Source: Chrysomallon squamiferum (Eukaryota > Animalia > Mollusca). Taken from it: 64,000 nt of DNA. The DNA is taken from positions 11,408,001 to 11,472,000 of the forward strand of contig CM022674.1 in assembly GCA_012295275.1 (NCBI GenBank). The letters run 5' to 3'. The notes beneath the pieces are model-generated. The model saw nothing but the letters and a program-made list of their open reading frames with translations, did not search any database and was not told the origin of the DNA. Position 1 is the first letter of the stretch. Every line of letters begins with the position of its first letter. This document shows positions 14,301 to 30,359 of the stretch, piece by piece. The position numbers and the translations under genes are program-made.

Positions 14301-15553
14301 GAAACATTGTTTTAAAAAGTATTTAATACAATTCTTTTAAATAAAAAAATATATACATATGTCAGAAAATAATTTTTTTTATATATTATTTTTATTATTT
14401 ACTTTTGATAATATTAAAAAGAGAAAGTAGTGATAATAAATAAAACAAAACAGATATTTATTTAGCAGTTAAAACATAAACAAGAATCAGCCAATTATTA
14501 ATGACACATAATTGATTATTCTACAACCAAGTGAATATGTAAATTAGAAAAAAAACATGATGTATGGAAAATTATATTTGATTTTTCCGAAGGGGCTTTA
14601 AAGATGTTATGAGAAATTAAATCATAAATGACAATAAAATCTGTGTGAGGAAATATCAAATTACTTTTTTTCTTATTTCATATTAATATGAAAAACTTGT
14701 AACAGCTATAATTATAACCAGCTAGTACAAAACCGCACAAGAAATTTTAATGGAATTTTCAGAAAGTATTAAGTAACATTTTCTGTTTTATTATATTTTA
14801 AATATATTAAATGTTAAATGAAATTAACTCAGGGTACAATATAAAATATATTACCAGTATGTGTACTGTAGGTAAACATCAGCAACAGGTTTTAATGTTT
14901 TTGATAAATGTTTAGTACTTTATCAAATAATACTCCGAGTGTTAATCAAACTTCTACAAAAAGCAGAGATTATATTTTGATTTCAAGATAATGACACAAA
15001 GAGGAAACAAATATTTGTAACAAGATCAATCAGTTATAGCGGATATAAGAAATGTTTAAATTTTCTGAAAAGGTCACAAAATAAAAATTTAATAGACTAT
15101 AAAATAAGTATTTTAGGAATCTGTTTCATAAATTAATTGATATGCCCAAATTAGATGCAGTATCACAACACACATAGACACAATTCACATACAGCCAGGG
15201 AGACACACAAACAAGCACACTTGAACACACATACAGACATACACACAAACACACACACACAAACAAGCACACATGAACACACATACAGACATACACACAC
15301 AAATTTGTGAAAACACAAACAGAAAAAGAAACTAATTATAAAATATTAATTTTATAACACAAATATATTATAAAAATGACAATATTAATGTTTTCAATGA
15401 TGACAATAATTACAAAACCCCCCCAAAACCCCAAACAAAAATGTAAATATTAATAAATTCATTCTTAACAAAAGTTAGAACTTGAAAAAAAGAAGAGGCA
15501 GTTATAACAGGAAATTTATTTTGTAAATTAAAGGAAAAAAAAATCTATGTATT

Positions 15554-15556
<3 letters not shown>

Positions 15557-15587
<31 letters not shown>

Positions 15588-15664
15588 TGTATGTATGTAT
15601 GTATGTATGTATGTATGTATGTATGTATGTATGTATGTATGTATGTATGTATGTATGTATGTAT
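15557..15664. repeat. (TATG)n microsatellite
   Basis: Read directly. Confidence 0.95.
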
Positions 15665-15939
15665 ATATCTATACATCTAAAAAAAAAAAAATAATAACAA
15701 TAATAATTATAATATTGAAAGTTAAAAATGGACCAGAAAACTCAAAAAAAAACTTTTTTGTCAAACTATGGTTGGAACGTGAAATATAAAAAATAATTTT
15801 CTTTTTCTTGTGTTCCTGGTCTTCAGCTGTATTGCCATTGAGTTTCTGTTTTGTCTTTAAAACAATAACCTATAATAGACATCATCATTGTTAATTCATT
15901 AATTTTTGAAAGCAATGGTTGGAACTGGAAAACACTAAC

Positions 15940-16074
15940 CTGATCATCCACTTGTACTGCCATTAAGTTTCTGTCTTCCCTTGACTCTGAACTTCGTACA
16001 AACTTCATCCAGTTTCCTGATCCAGGTGAACTTGCATCCAGCCAACCTTTGACCTTTCCACAGTTATCTACCAA
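15940..16074 (-). CDS. PRDM16: PRDM3/16 coding exon: central PR/SET domain
   Basis: tttcAG acceptor at 16076-16075 and CAG|GTTAGT donor at 15939; 135 nt, phase 0-0. It encodes LVDNCGKVKGWLDASSPGSGNWMKFVRSSESREDRNLMAVQVDDQ, with the PR-domain motif DA..GNWMKFVR....E..NL. It is in frame with both neighbouring exons. Confidence 0.95.
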
Positions 16075-16943
16075 CTGAAATCAATAAATGAAAATAAATG
16101 AATAAATGAATGAATGAATGAACAAAACTGAAAATGAACAGATGAATGGATGGATGGATGAATTAATGGATAGAAAAATGGGTAGATGAATACTGTTTAA
16201 TAATTAATAAATACACAATGCCCATTTTTTTTTTCTTCTCATTTTGATGATAATGGTGATATATGATGATCAAAATATATCAAAAGAAATATCAATTTAA
16301 AAAAAAGAAGAAGATATTTCAGTTGTTTGTTTCTTTATAATATAATAATTCATCAAGCAAATAAAAGTTACACATAAGTTACACTTTTTTGTTAACAGTG
16401 ATACTTACAGAGAAATCTGCAGTTATCTCATTACACAACATGTACAATAAAACATCTCAACAACTTTAACACAGCACTTTAAAATACATTTAAAAACAAA
16501 TATATCACTGCCTCTAGTCAGAAGTCAAACACCCTTAATTCCTCTTTGGATCTGTACATTTATAATTTATGAGTATATAATATATTACACTGTAATAATT
16601 CCATGTAGAAATATGTTTTGTGAACTAATGTATTGTGGTCATTCTAGTATGTTATATTTTTATCTTACACAACATGGTCATATGTGTTACACCTATATAT
16701 GAAAAAAGTATAATGTTTCTGAATCTCCTATATAATGATATTCTGTAGTTATAAATAACATACAGTAGCCTTATGCTATCTAGATTTTAACAGATATGTT
16801 AAATTTTTATTTTTATTTATTTCTTTATTTACTTTAAATAATATGTATGCTTTTCTATTTTCCTTTTATATTCTGCTAAAGAGAAGAATTTTTATTTTCA
16901 TTTCCATTCTTCTTTTTAAATTATTGATATCCTTTTATACATT

Positions 16944-16980
<37 letters not shown>

Positions 16981-18000
16981 CATTTATGCATTTCTGCATT
17001 TATTTTATTTTATCTTCTTTATATTTTGTTTTATTGACTTATTCCTTCAATAAAGATATTTCTATTTTTTTTTTTTTTTACAAATCTTTTTTTTTTTTTA
17101 ATTTATTTAGTTAGTTAATTAATTAATTTTAAAAAAAATATTTGACTTTCTTTAATTAAGTTTTAAATCTGTATTATAACAAAACAACAAACAAGCCACT
17201 TGTCTTTAAAATAAATAAATAAATATTAATTACCAAAATTATATAATGTCTTTTAGATAAAACTGAAACATGATAGAAACATTTCCAGTTTTATCCCTCT
17301 TATAAAATTTGGGGAACAAAAGGAAAATTAATTAAACACAAATAATAGTTTCCTGGATTCTTGTAACAACATTTTCAAAGTAATCATTAATTATATATAA
17401 AATAAAATGACTAATCAAATTAAAAAGTTTGTATAATTTTATTTTTGTTTTTATTATTATTCCTGTAAAAAATATTTTAATAATAATAATATATTATTAT
17501 TATTATTTAAAAAAAAATATATTAACTGAAATAATATAATAAAAATTCCATGTGAAGTTTTATTTTAATAATTTAAATAATGAAAGATATTTTAAAACAA
17601 CATAAAATATAATACTTAATAAAAACAAAAACAAAAACAAAACACAAATAAGAATAAACAATAATAACAAAATGAGAAATATATAATTATGATATATATA
17701 TATATATATATAATATTCTTCACACATACAATTAAAAGCTACATATATAATAAACACTTACTGTAATGTGTTTTTCTCCTAGAGAAAATGTATTATATTT
17801 AGCCTGAGGTGAACTGTCAAACACTAAGTATAGGAGATTTTTGATTATTTAAGATGGCACAGAGCTGACAAAAAGACTGTGTACAAATGAAAAGCCCACA
17901 CAAACTACACTCAAATTCTTGCAGTAAATCATTACATGGCCAAATTAGATGAATCACGGCTATTTTGACAACATTTACCCCTCGAGTTCACTATCGGCCA

Positions 18001-18014
18001 TTCTGATTGGCTGA
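18001..18014 (-). promoter_or_regulatory. Extended CCAAT (NF-Y) box TCAGCCAATCAGAA
   Basis: Matches the NF-Y consensus RGCCAATCRG. It lies about 1.9 kb upstream of the 135-nt exon in gene orientation. Confidence 0.4.
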
Positions 18015-18386
18015 TGACTCTGGAGTCATTAAACAATCCACTGGGCACCAGTTGACAATAGACTGGCTCACAATACTGATACATCCATCAGTGTATGTGA
18101 ACTGTCAGTCTCACTATTGAGTGTCACTCTCTCTCTCTCTCTCTCTCTGATGGTCAAAGGAAGGTCTGGTTGGAAAAAGACCATTAGCTTGCTTAATTGC
18201 TAAATCTCTTTCACTTAATTTGTGCTTGGGATTAATTGATCAAGCTTGCCAGCCAGCTTGTTAACTGGTAATTAATTCCTTATCAATTATCTTGACAAGT
18301 GCTGAGATTGTGTGTGAGAGAGGGGAGCTATACCATGAGAGAGTGAGAGTGAGGCTGTTAGACAGACATGGGGGAGAGAGAGTCTA

Positions 18387-18533
<147 letters not shown>

Positions 18534-19183
18534 AGAAAAAATGGAAACAAAAATCATGTATAGAAAACTTATAGGCAGACATACAGATATAGACTGAAAA
18601 AAAAAAATATATATATATATATACACACACACAGACGTACAGAAACAGGCATGTCTATCTGATATATATATATAGATAAACAGATCAACAGAGCAACAAT
18701 TTTTTAATTTAATTTTTTAATTTCCCCTCATTCACTTACCTCTCTTTTTATGTCTGTGTTTATTTTTGTTTCCTCTTTTATTTTTCAAAATATATCTCTT
18801 TTTTTGATATATGTGACAAAACCCCCTAATATAACAGTGTGTTTTAATGATAACAAGTTCAGAACTGCTATACATTCGCATCAGAATTATAAATGGCTTT
18901 ATTCTGTAGTTCTTGATTAATAGAAATAATGCATTAATTTTTTTTATTATTGTTGGTACCCAGATGTGGATAAAACTCAAAATGGATGGTTAAACATTTT
19001 TTGTTTTTTAATGATGTTTCTGTTTTAGAGTTATTTCTTATTTTTTCCTTTTCTTATTCATTATTATGTTTAGTTATTGCTGTTATTGTTATTGCTATCA
19101 TCATCATCATCACTACCACTACTACTGCTACTATAATTACTAATATAATTAGTACTATTGCTACTAATACTATACACCTATCA

Positions 19184-19221
<38 letters not shown>

Positions 19222-20939
19222 ACTGTTGCTGTTATTAGTATACCACTGTTATATTACTGATTAATTAATGTTATAATTAATATTAGTTTTATTACTATTA
19301 TTATTACAGTTTTTTTATTGGTTTGTACCAAAAAAAAAATAATAATAATAATGAATAAATAAATAAATAAATAAATATATAAATAAAAGTAAAACAGAAA
19401 TAAAGAAAAGTCCTTATTAAACTTTTATTACTGAATATGAAAAATAAAAATTATCTATTATAATTATCATATCAAATAATTATATGATAACTATGGGATG
19501 AAATCCAGGTATGTCACTTTTTCACTTTGCTCATTTTTACCTGGATGGTCACAAAGGTGTTTACCTAAATGCTAATTACTAAGTCACCTGTTTGTTTACC
19601 TGTAAGTAACCAATGTGATAATTACTCAAAAGAAATCATTAGAGAGATGACATTTTCTGAAAGGTACTCCAGGTAGCAGAAAATGATAAAATGTTTTTTG
19701 TATGTGTGTTTATGTATGACATGTCAGTGTAATTATAGGTGCAACTAAAGATATTTTTAAAAAACACTTCAATTCATCATTATACATAAAGCTTCTGCAT
19801 AAAATTAGTAAATTGTCATATTCATTGGTATTTTTTCTCATTTGTTCTTTCATTCATTCATTCATTCTTTCACCTATCTGTATGTCCCATCCATCCATCA
19901 TTCACGTCTATCCATTTATCCATTTATTCATTCTTTTCATCCATCCATCTATCTGTCCATCAATCCATATAATTATCCATCCTTCCATTCATCCATCCAT
20001 CTATCCATTCATCCATCCATCCATCTACTCATTTATTTTCATTCATCCTTCCATCCATCCAGCCATTCATCCATTCATCTTTCCCTCTGCTTGTTCACCT
20101 TTAGACACACTGCAAATGACGTAACCATGGTGGCATCAACATTGTTCCTCAGATGATTACTAATATCTGCAGTTGCACATTTCACTACAACGTTGCTGGC
20201 ATTGCAGTAGGCCAGTACTTGAAAGAGCAGTGGGAGCCATTATGTTAATTAATCTTCATTATCATAATTTATGCCTCATTAATTATGCACTTAAAAGATC
20301 ATCAATATGTTCAGAAATATCACCACTGACAAGAAGTCCAGCAGTGATTACTTTAATGACAAAACATTTTACTTGTGTATTATTTGTGTATTAACTGCTA
20401 GTGATGATCTCAGGTCATTAGATGTAAGAGTGGGAGGTAGTGGGTTCGTCTCCTGTCACTGGCACCTACTAAAGTTAGTTCAGGAGAGTAAGAGGTGCTA
20501 CATGCATTGCCTGTTACTGACACCTATTAAAACTAATACAGGAGGCATTTGAATGACACATTTTAAAACAAATATTAATAAAATAAATTTGAAAATTAAC
20601 AAGTTTTCTAATATTCCAAATAGGCATGGTGGCTCTTTAATGAATTCTTAATATTCTTTTAATATTCTTTATTTATTCTTTCTATTTCTTTAATTATCTG
20701 TATCCTTTTTTGTTACCTCTATCTCTCTTTCTCTTTCTCATTGCTTCTGTTCCTTTCTCTAAAATATTCATCCATTCACTCTCACTGGCTCACTCACTCC
20801 TTTTTCCTCTCTCTTTCTAACTTTCTCACCTTCACTCTCTCTATCTGTCACCCTCTCTCTGTCTGTCTCATCTGTCTGTCTCTTCTGTTGTCTTTCTCTA
20901 AATTATTCATCTCTCTCTCTGTCTGTCTGGCTCTCTCTC

Positions 20940-21155
<216 letters not shown>

Positions 21156-21736
21156 TGTACAAACTCTCTGGGGGGCCTGTAGATCAGTTTATTTATTTCA
21201 CAGCATTAATTCAGATTTTCTGTTTACCCTATCGAGAAAGTCATGGACACTATACGGGGGTTTACGTTGTGTTGTGTTGTGAACGTGTTAGCTCAGTGTG
21301 AGAAGTCAGGTAGCAGTCACTTGCTGGGACATCCTGGAGATTTTACTGCTCGGACATTGTCACAATGTGTTCAACTATCTCACAGAGAAAATTAAAAAAA
21401 AGAAGAAAAAAAAAAAAACTTTCATTATCAGCGGCAGTATATCTTCCCCGACATTAAGAGAAAACAGACAGACAAAAGAGCAGCGAGTATACCTATCTAC
21501 CTGTACATACTTATACAACCAGGCTAAAGTTGTCAATTGTTTTGATATGCCTCAAGGCATATTCCCACCCATTAGCACAAATTACAGCCTCGATTCATGG
21601 GATGATGGGTTTCCAATTGGTTGATCAAAGATTTCTCTACCTGCCTTGTTGGTACTTGTTTTCTTCTAATGTCCCCCCCCCCACCTGTAGCCAAACATCT
21701 GAATGTTCATCCCTCCATGTCCTGCTGCTTAACACA

Positions 21737-21829
21737 CACTTCTGGGTCTCTTTTCACAAAAGATTTACACTTTTGGGTCTCCTTTGACAAAAGAGTTACA
21801 CTTTTGGGATTCCCCCGACAAAAGATTTA
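21737..21829. repeat. 31-bp tandem repeat x3
   Basis: cacttttgggtctcctttgacaaaagattta variants at 21737, 21768 and 21799. Confidence 0.85.
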
Positions 21830-23467
21830 CAAGCAGAGGTATGTGACTACCACTAACATTGTCCATGGATGGGTGACTTGCTATCCTTCTCCTTTCTCCT
21901 GGGTGACAAAAGGATCACCTGGTTTAAGCGCTTAAAATTAACTTTCTTTTATTTACTGAGTTTATTTAAAAGCGTTGTAAAATTCCCCTTTAATGTTACA
22001 ATTAGCTTTTTGTTGGCTTGGATCTGTGACCATTTCACGTCATCTCAATTAGTCTTTCATTGCTTCTTCAATTTTGTTTTTCTTTCTTGGTGTTATTTTA
22101 TTTATTAACTTTATTTTATTTACACAGGTCATTTGCAATCTGTAAAATGCCTTTTGCTGTTGTGATTAGCTTTTTGTTCATTTGCATTATTTGTTTATTT
22201 ATTTATTTATTTGTTTAATTGTTTAATTGTTTATTTAATTATTTAATCATTTATTTGTTTGTTTAATTGTTTATTTATTTAATTATTTAATAATTTATTT
22301 GTTTGTTTGTTTGTTTGTTTAATTGTTTATTTAGTATTTATTTATTCATTTACTTATTTATTTACTCTTTTCTTTAGTTTGCATCACTTAAAAAGACTCA
22401 ATGCTCATTCAGTGGGCCAGGATGTACTGTGTTAACTGTTAGCTATGAAACATAAGTATTCTTTACAACATTAATGACAACATTTCTTATCCATCATAAG
22501 AATAAGCAAATTCTATATATATGCTCTCTCTTTTTCTAATTTTCCTCAGAATACAAATAAATATACAGAGATAAACAGACAGACATAAATATATGAACAG
22601 ACAAATAGATAGATCAATAGATAGATAGATAAATAGATTATAGACAAATAGATAAATAGATTATAGACAAATAGATAAACAGATTATAGACAAATAAATA
22701 GATACATGTGTGTTATAGATAGATAGACATATATACACATATAAAGGCATACAAACAGATATGCTGATATAAAGATAATTAGACAGTCAAGGTAGATAAA
22801 CATTTAGAGAGACAGCTAGGCAGACAGTAAGATAAATAGACAGACAGGTAAACAGATAGAAAGAAACAAGTAGGTAGGTAGACAGTTACACTGACAAATA
22901 GTATCAGCAGACAAACACACTGGTTTATTTCTATACATTATTAACAAACAATTCTCCAACAAATAAAGAGAATACAACAACACACACACAATGTCTACAC
23001 AGATATCCAGAAATAAAATGTAAATACTGTTTTTCTATATATTTTTTTTTAACAAATCATATTCAAACGGGACTGGAATATTTGAGCTGTGACTCGACGC
23101 ATCTAATGAAGAGATGACATCTTAATCCAAGCATGACATTTGAAAAATAAAATAAATTTGTTGCCGCTATTGAAAAGGATTATATGAACAAACAGGTGTC
23201 CTGACAAGAGAGGGGATCACACAGGCCACCAGCGAAGTTGTCCACCACGACGACGAGGAAAAACACAACTCATCAACAAGGAATGAAAGAAAGGAAGAAA
23301 TGTTTTATTAACAGAATGAACAGGGGAAAACAGATTTTTATCAATAAGGAATAAAAGTGAAACTGTTTATTTTTTGTCAGTAAGGAGTAAAAGTGAAAAA
23401 GTTAATTTTTTTATCAACAAGAAATGAAAGAAATAATAGTTTATTTTTATCAATAAGCATTAAAAAT

Positions 23468-23507
<40 letters not shown>

Positions 23508-24532
23508 TTATTCTTAAAGAAAGAAAAGGAGGGAAAATGATTATCATCAAGGAATAAAAACTGAATTTTTTGATGAGTAAAGCAAGAAAAATGGAAAATG
23601 ATTTGTGCTGAGATGGAATAAAAAAGTATAAAGATTTTCATCAGCATATTTTTAAAAAAATTCTTTAACAACAAGTAATAAAAATCTTAGAAAGACTTTT
23701 TTTTATTTATAAGAACAAATATTTCAACCAAAAAAGGAATACAAAATAAAAACATTGAAAGAAAATTAAAAAAAAAAAAAAAAATAACGATAATGATAAA
23801 ATTAAACTTTCAACAACAACGAATTTAGTGAAAATAAATTCCAGAAACAGGGAATAAAAATGTCAAAAAGATTTCCAACAAATTGACTCAGTAAGGAAAA
23901 CAACTTTATAAAGAGCTTTAACAAATGACAGTGTATCATTTTAATGTTGGTTCCTTTTTCCTTTTCTTTCTTCTTTTTTTTTTTTTGTTCTTGAAAGCAA
24001 AAGAGAAAAAAAAAAATCAATTTATTTTGTGGGGTGGAGTGAGGTAAAAGTCACTGCACTTATGGTTGAGCATGTTCACTCAGATCATCGATGGGGGGGG
24101 TCATCAAATTAGAACTCTTCACTTGAAGATTAGAGCTCTTCAATTGAAGAAGTTGTGAAAGTTAAAACTGTGTGACAAGTCAAAACTTTCATGGCTTATT
24201 ACAGCCACTCTGTTTGTGTGAGAAGCAATTTTAATGGAAAAAACAGACGCTCTCTCATTTCTCTGCTGTTGTTGTTGTTGTTGTAGTTGTTGCTGAATGA
24301 ATGAGAAGGACTCTTTGCTCAGTTTAATTTATTCCCATCCTGTGAACTGAAACCAGGCTTTGTCGTGTGTGAACTGTCTATAGAGGACACCCTGTAATCA
24401 TCTCACTCTCTCTTTCTGTGGCAGGTTTTAAGTGAAACTGAATAGATTTGTACAGAATATTGTTTGTATCACAGAGAGACCTGATTTTGCAAACACAGCT
24501 ACAAACACATATACATATATAAATATATTATT

Positions 24533-24569
<37 letters not shown>

Positions 24570-24584
24570 TGCACACACACACAG

Positions 24585-24651
<67 letters not shown>

Positions 24652-27081
24652 TATACAAACATATGTACATACATACATACGAACACACCCACCCACCCAT
24701 ATATATATACATATCTTGTTATTTCTTTTTAATATTTCATGTGATTTTCTGTGTGCATGTGTCTGTCTGTCTGTGTGTCTATACTGAGATTTTTTCAGAT
24801 ATGAATATATATATAAAATTATATCTTTGTCTATTTTGTGTGCTTGAACATATATGTAGTGATTAACACACACACACACACACAAAAAACCCCACACAAA
24901 ACAATAAAGAAATAATAACAACAACAGCAACAGCAACAGCAATAACACTAACAGTTATAGCAACACCTGTAATTGATGAAACCTGTGACTGAGTTACAGG
25001 TGAGAGATAATTTGTCTGATTACCCAAGAATGTCCTAACAGACTACAACTCAAGTTCTCTGTAATGACTCCACAAAACCCTTACATCTTCAACTTAATCT
25101 GTTTTCTCACCTTAATCCTTGCAGGTATGTTAGGGGCACCTGTTGTCCTGGGGGGGTTAGACTACAAGGGGTGGGTGCTTACAGGGTATTTAAATTATCT
25201 GAGAGGTTTTTGCTGCCACTGTTAACAACGTCATTCCAAACAGACACACAGACAATGGAATAAAGAGTGTTTAAGACACAGAAAATACACTGATGTTTGG
25301 GGTAGGGACAATGTGAGATGTTTTGAAATTAGGCTGGAAATGTGTGTAAGTGTGGTGTGGGGATTTGGGTGTGTCTGGGAGTGAATGTGCTGCTTGGAAC
25401 ACGTGAGGTGAATGTAGGGAAGATATTTAGTGACTGTTAATTAAATTTCAAACCACTGAATAGATGGAATTACAAATGATGGAAAGTGGATGTTGAATAT
25501 GGAGGGATAGCTTCAAGGAGAAATGGATGAATGGATGGATGGATGGATGGATGGATGGATGGATGGATGAAACATTGAATAGATGGTTGGGGAAAGGAAT
25601 AAGGGATGGGTGGTATTTTTAAACATTTGGCCATTGGATGAATAATTATATTATAGATAGTTTGAAAATTATGGTTCAACATCTTTGAAACTTTATGTCC
25701 ATTAAAAAAGTGCATTGAAAATTGTTCTAAAACTCTGCTACAATCAACATTGTAAATGTTTGTTGTTTTTCTTTTGTTGCTTTTGTTGTTTTGGTTTTTG
25801 ATGCTAAATGTAAATAAACATGAACCATGTGATACATATTCAATATACCACACCAGTAATATATAAAAAACGTGAAGAATACGAGTAGTACACCACATCC
25901 CAGTGTGTCATCTTTCACTTATTTCTATATTTAATATCTGCACCGATTGCCACTGAAAAATACCCGCTCACCTCCCATAAATAATCTTTTTCTTCTCTGT
26001 CACAACAATTTGCCCCCATACCCAGCTCACCCACCGCCATCCATTTTCTTTTTCATCACGTATCATCAAATTATATTGCACATTATTCAGCCCTTTGTCA
26101 ATTTTCTACCACATTAACCTGCCCTCTTTCCTCTGCTTCAGCACAGGCAACAAAGCATGGAGACCTATCCATGGAGAAACTTGACTTTTTTCTCTCCTTC
26201 TTTTTTTTTTTTTAAAGTTAAGACGTCAACTTAATAAAGAAAAAAGCTAAAAAAAAAAGTTAAAAAAAAGAAGAAAAAAAAAAGTGCTGTTAGTATTGGG
26301 TGTCATCGCAGGCAAGGGTCACCAGGTACAAAGACACCTGAGTTAGTTATTATTACCTGTAAAAGGTACATTTTTGTGGGTTTTCTTTTTTTCTTTTTTT
26401 TTTTTCCTTTTTTAAGGAAATACATTTTTTGTCTTTATAGCAACCACTGAACCTTGAGAAAGTATGAGAAGATGGGAGGAAGATAGGACTCAGTTGTGAC
26501 TGATTCTCAGCTCTGCTTGTTCACTTACAATAGCAGGCTTTTTTTCACCTGTTATTACAAATCTGACAATTTGACACCTGTGTTTTGTTGTCCATGTACC
26601 TGATTGACATGACCACCGCAATCAGGCCCAATGAAGGGCAGACAACTTCACAAGAGGGTGCAGAAAATTAGCGTCCACAAACAACTGGTAAGTCGTCAGT
26701 GAATGTCTCTGTGTGTTTTCATGGAACAATTTGTAGTGAAATAAATCCCAGAGAGATAAGATGGGTTTATGGACTGTAATAAGTTTCAGTCAATTATCTG
26801 TCTAAAAAAAAACAGAGTTAATTTGACTCTTGTTAGACAGGAATGTGCTAAAGGGCGTGTGCAGGAAAAAAAACTATAATAAAAGGAATTTGCAAGTCAC
26901 CTTCAGAATAAAAGAAAATATGACAAGTATTAAAATTAGTGGGTTATCACTGTTAATAGGCTTTATGCAGGACTAGTAGTCCATAGCTTCTGGGTTCAAT
27001 ACTTGTAACTGGAAAGTATTTTATTTTTGTATAATATATGTGTGTCTATGGTTTGTGTGTGTGTGTGTGTGTGTATGGTTA

Positions 27082-27115
<34 letters not shown>

Positions 27116-27859
27116 ATATGTGTCTGTCTGTCTGTCTGAACATAGGAGGTAGATAGGTAGGTAAGTCTATGCATGTCTATGTATGCATGTTTCTTTGTTT
27201 CTCACACTAACCACTTTGTCAGTGTAAGATGTGTGACCTACTTTTAAAAAAAAACACTAAAAAAAAAAAAACCCCACTTCAAGTGTTGGTTATGTGGAAC
27301 AAGACAGACACAAAATGACATATGGAAGTTACTACTAAAGGAAGTCACATAATGACCTGCAATATATCCTCACTGCTGCTGTTAATGATGGAAATGAAGA
27401 ATTTGTCTGATGTGTACTTCGTTTCACATCCTCTGTGGGAAGGAAGACCAACTTACAAACTGGCAAACACTTCAGAGAGCATTTCCTAGAGGTCTGGTGA
27501 CAACATCACTGATGACTGCAGTAAACGTCTTAAAATTACATCATTATTTGACCAGAGAGCACTTCTTAGACTCTAATGACAGTGAGAAAGAGTGGGAAAG
27601 TGCGGGAGAGATAAAGTGAGATTGAGAGAGAAAAGAAAAGAGAACGAGGAAGAAATAAAAAGAGAATGAGAAGATAAAGAGAATAAGGAAGAGACAAAGA
27701 GAATAGATGAGGGAGAGATAAAGAAAAATGAGGGAATATAATGAGTGAGAGAATGTAGAAGAGATAGACAGATAGAGATACATCTGATTATTCTGCAGGC
27801 TGAATCAAAGATAAAGTTAAATTTGCCACTGATGTTGTTAGCCCTAACTTAAAGATTTT

Positions 27860-27925
<66 letters not shown>

Positions 27926-28831
27926 GCAAAATACAGTTTAATAATAAACAATAAAATATTTCTTACATATTAAAAACAAATATATATAAGAGAACAAGAA
28001 AGCATATTAACCCAATAAGTAATATTAATTTTAATATAAAACTCCTGAATGACAGTTTTAACCTAAAAGGTAATATCTAATACAAAAGAACAAAGGAGAG
28101 TTTTAACCTATAGAAGGTAATAATTAATAATAAAGGAGATAAATTTTAATCTAAAATGTCCTTAACAAGACATCAATTTCCATCTTCCATTACGAGCGCC
28201 ATACATCATGCAAAGAAGTATTCAGATTACCTCTGTTTCCACAACATCACAACTAATTACCTCTCTGCCTTTATCTTTACTCTGGCTTCTCTAACGAGAT
28301 TTTCCTTAGGCACACCTGAAATATTTCATTCTACCTGTGATAATACAGTGTACCTGTAATCAATGAATTTGTGGAGTGTAATACAATATGTTTCCTAATG
28401 TCAATATGGAAGGGAAAGACAGATGTCAGTAATTGACAAATCTCATCTTGGGCTGCACTCTTTCGAAGGTAGATGCTGTCTCATAGCAGATGTACGCCAG
28501 CTATAACCTGACTATGATTAATCAATTTCTGTTTGAGTTGTCAATTCTGAGGCAGGTATTCTCGGTCGTGTTTCTCGCTAGTTTATCACTCTCTCCTTGT
28601 ACGTCGCGTATCTCCCTTCCCGGGTTGTGGGAATCTGCGCAGCATGTTTCAATATCGACACTGTTAGCTCGCCATCCATTATCATCATTTAAAAGCTTAG
28701 CAAACATTGGCCTGTGTGTGCTTCTCGCGATTATCCAGTCACTTTTGTTAGGGGGGGAACCGTTGAGATTTCATAAACATCCTAGAAAGTCAACTCATTA
28801 TGCGAGCCATCTTATCCAGCAAATCTGTGTG

Positions 28832-29078
<247 letters not shown>

Positions 29079-29140
29079 GGTAGGTGGGCTGGTGTGTGTA
29101 CAACTTTTTATTGTTACGTGGATAATTTTTAACTATGACA

Positions 29141-29390
29141 GAACTGGGGGGTCTGAGAGTATGGTGGGGGAGGGAGGGTTTCAGATCACTGTTTAACTGT
29201 GAAAGAACTGGGGGGTCTGAGAGTATGGTAGGGAAGGAGGGAACAGATCACTGTTTATCTGTGAAAGAACTGGTGGGTCTGAGAGTATGGTGGGGGAGGG
29301 AGGGTTTCAGATCACTGTTTAACTGTGAAAGAACTGGGGGGGTCTGAGAGTGTGGTGGGGGAAGGCTCTAGATCATTGTTTAACAGTGAG
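29141..29390. repeat. G-rich minisatellite, about 63-bp unit x4
   Basis: Units start at 29141, 29205, 29267 and 29331 with gaactggggggtctgagagtatggtggggg...cagatcactgtttaactgtgaaa. Confidence 0.92.
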
Positions 29391-30359
29391 ATATTGCCAG
29401 GTAATTAATTGATGTTTAATAAACGTTTTCGATGTCATCTGGCATCTGTTTGGAGACCTTAATTTCTGTCTCGTTGACAATTAATAACTGTTATCAGTGA
29501 ACCATCTGTCGAAGGCAGTTTGTTTCCTTTTATTAATTCATCTCAATAGCATGCGATTCACACACACATCATTAGACAACACAGGCTTTCATTTCTGCTG
29601 CCTCTTTTTTTATTATTTGTAAATCAAGGCTGTTCCTTTTTAGCAGTCAATTAAAAAGAAAAAAAGTATTGATCCTGTCTGAAGGAGTGAACAGATTGTG
29701 GTTTGAGAGTATTTACTTGTTGAACATTCTAATTTTATTATTATTAATGTTAAGATTCTTATTTTATGTGAAGAAAAGAAGAAGAAGAAGAAGAATGAAA
29801 TATATCATTCATGAACTATTTCCCAGGGTGATATATCAGTTATGTACTAGAGCTGTATATTTGCTATTTATCTAATTATATATTTATTTGATATTAAGTA
29901 AACAGAGAGGAGATTAAACTAATTAATGGATTGATGCTCCTTGGTTGGGTGGAAACACTAACCATTAAGATAAGCAGAATAACAGACAGACAGACAGACA
30001 ACAAATGTTCTCATCCTAATTTAATCATTCCCCTCAGATGTTCCCAGGCTGAGCACAGAAACCTGTTTCAGTAATATCACATATCAAGCTATTTATTTCA
30101 CATTTTTTCTCTTCTGCTTCACTCGAATCTTTTTTTCTTTTTTTTTCTTCTCCTTTTTCTTCTTCAGACTTGGTTTGAAATCTCTTGCCCATTCGTTCTC
30201 ACGCATAAATCGCCAGAAAAGAACATCCATTAAGACAGCAGACAGAGACAAACATCTGCAAAGCATTTGACCAATTATAACACATTTCACATTGGTTAAC
30301 TGAGATGGGAAAACAAAAGCACATCTGTGTGAGGAAGATGTCCCTTTGCCAGCGCCATG

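Larger units (their letters stand above)
7156..15939 (-). other. 8,784-nt GT-AG intron (DDQ|VYY)
   Basis: Canonical splice sites, phase 0. The position matches the Q|IYY junction I recall in vertebrate MECOM/PRDM16. Confidence 0.88.
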
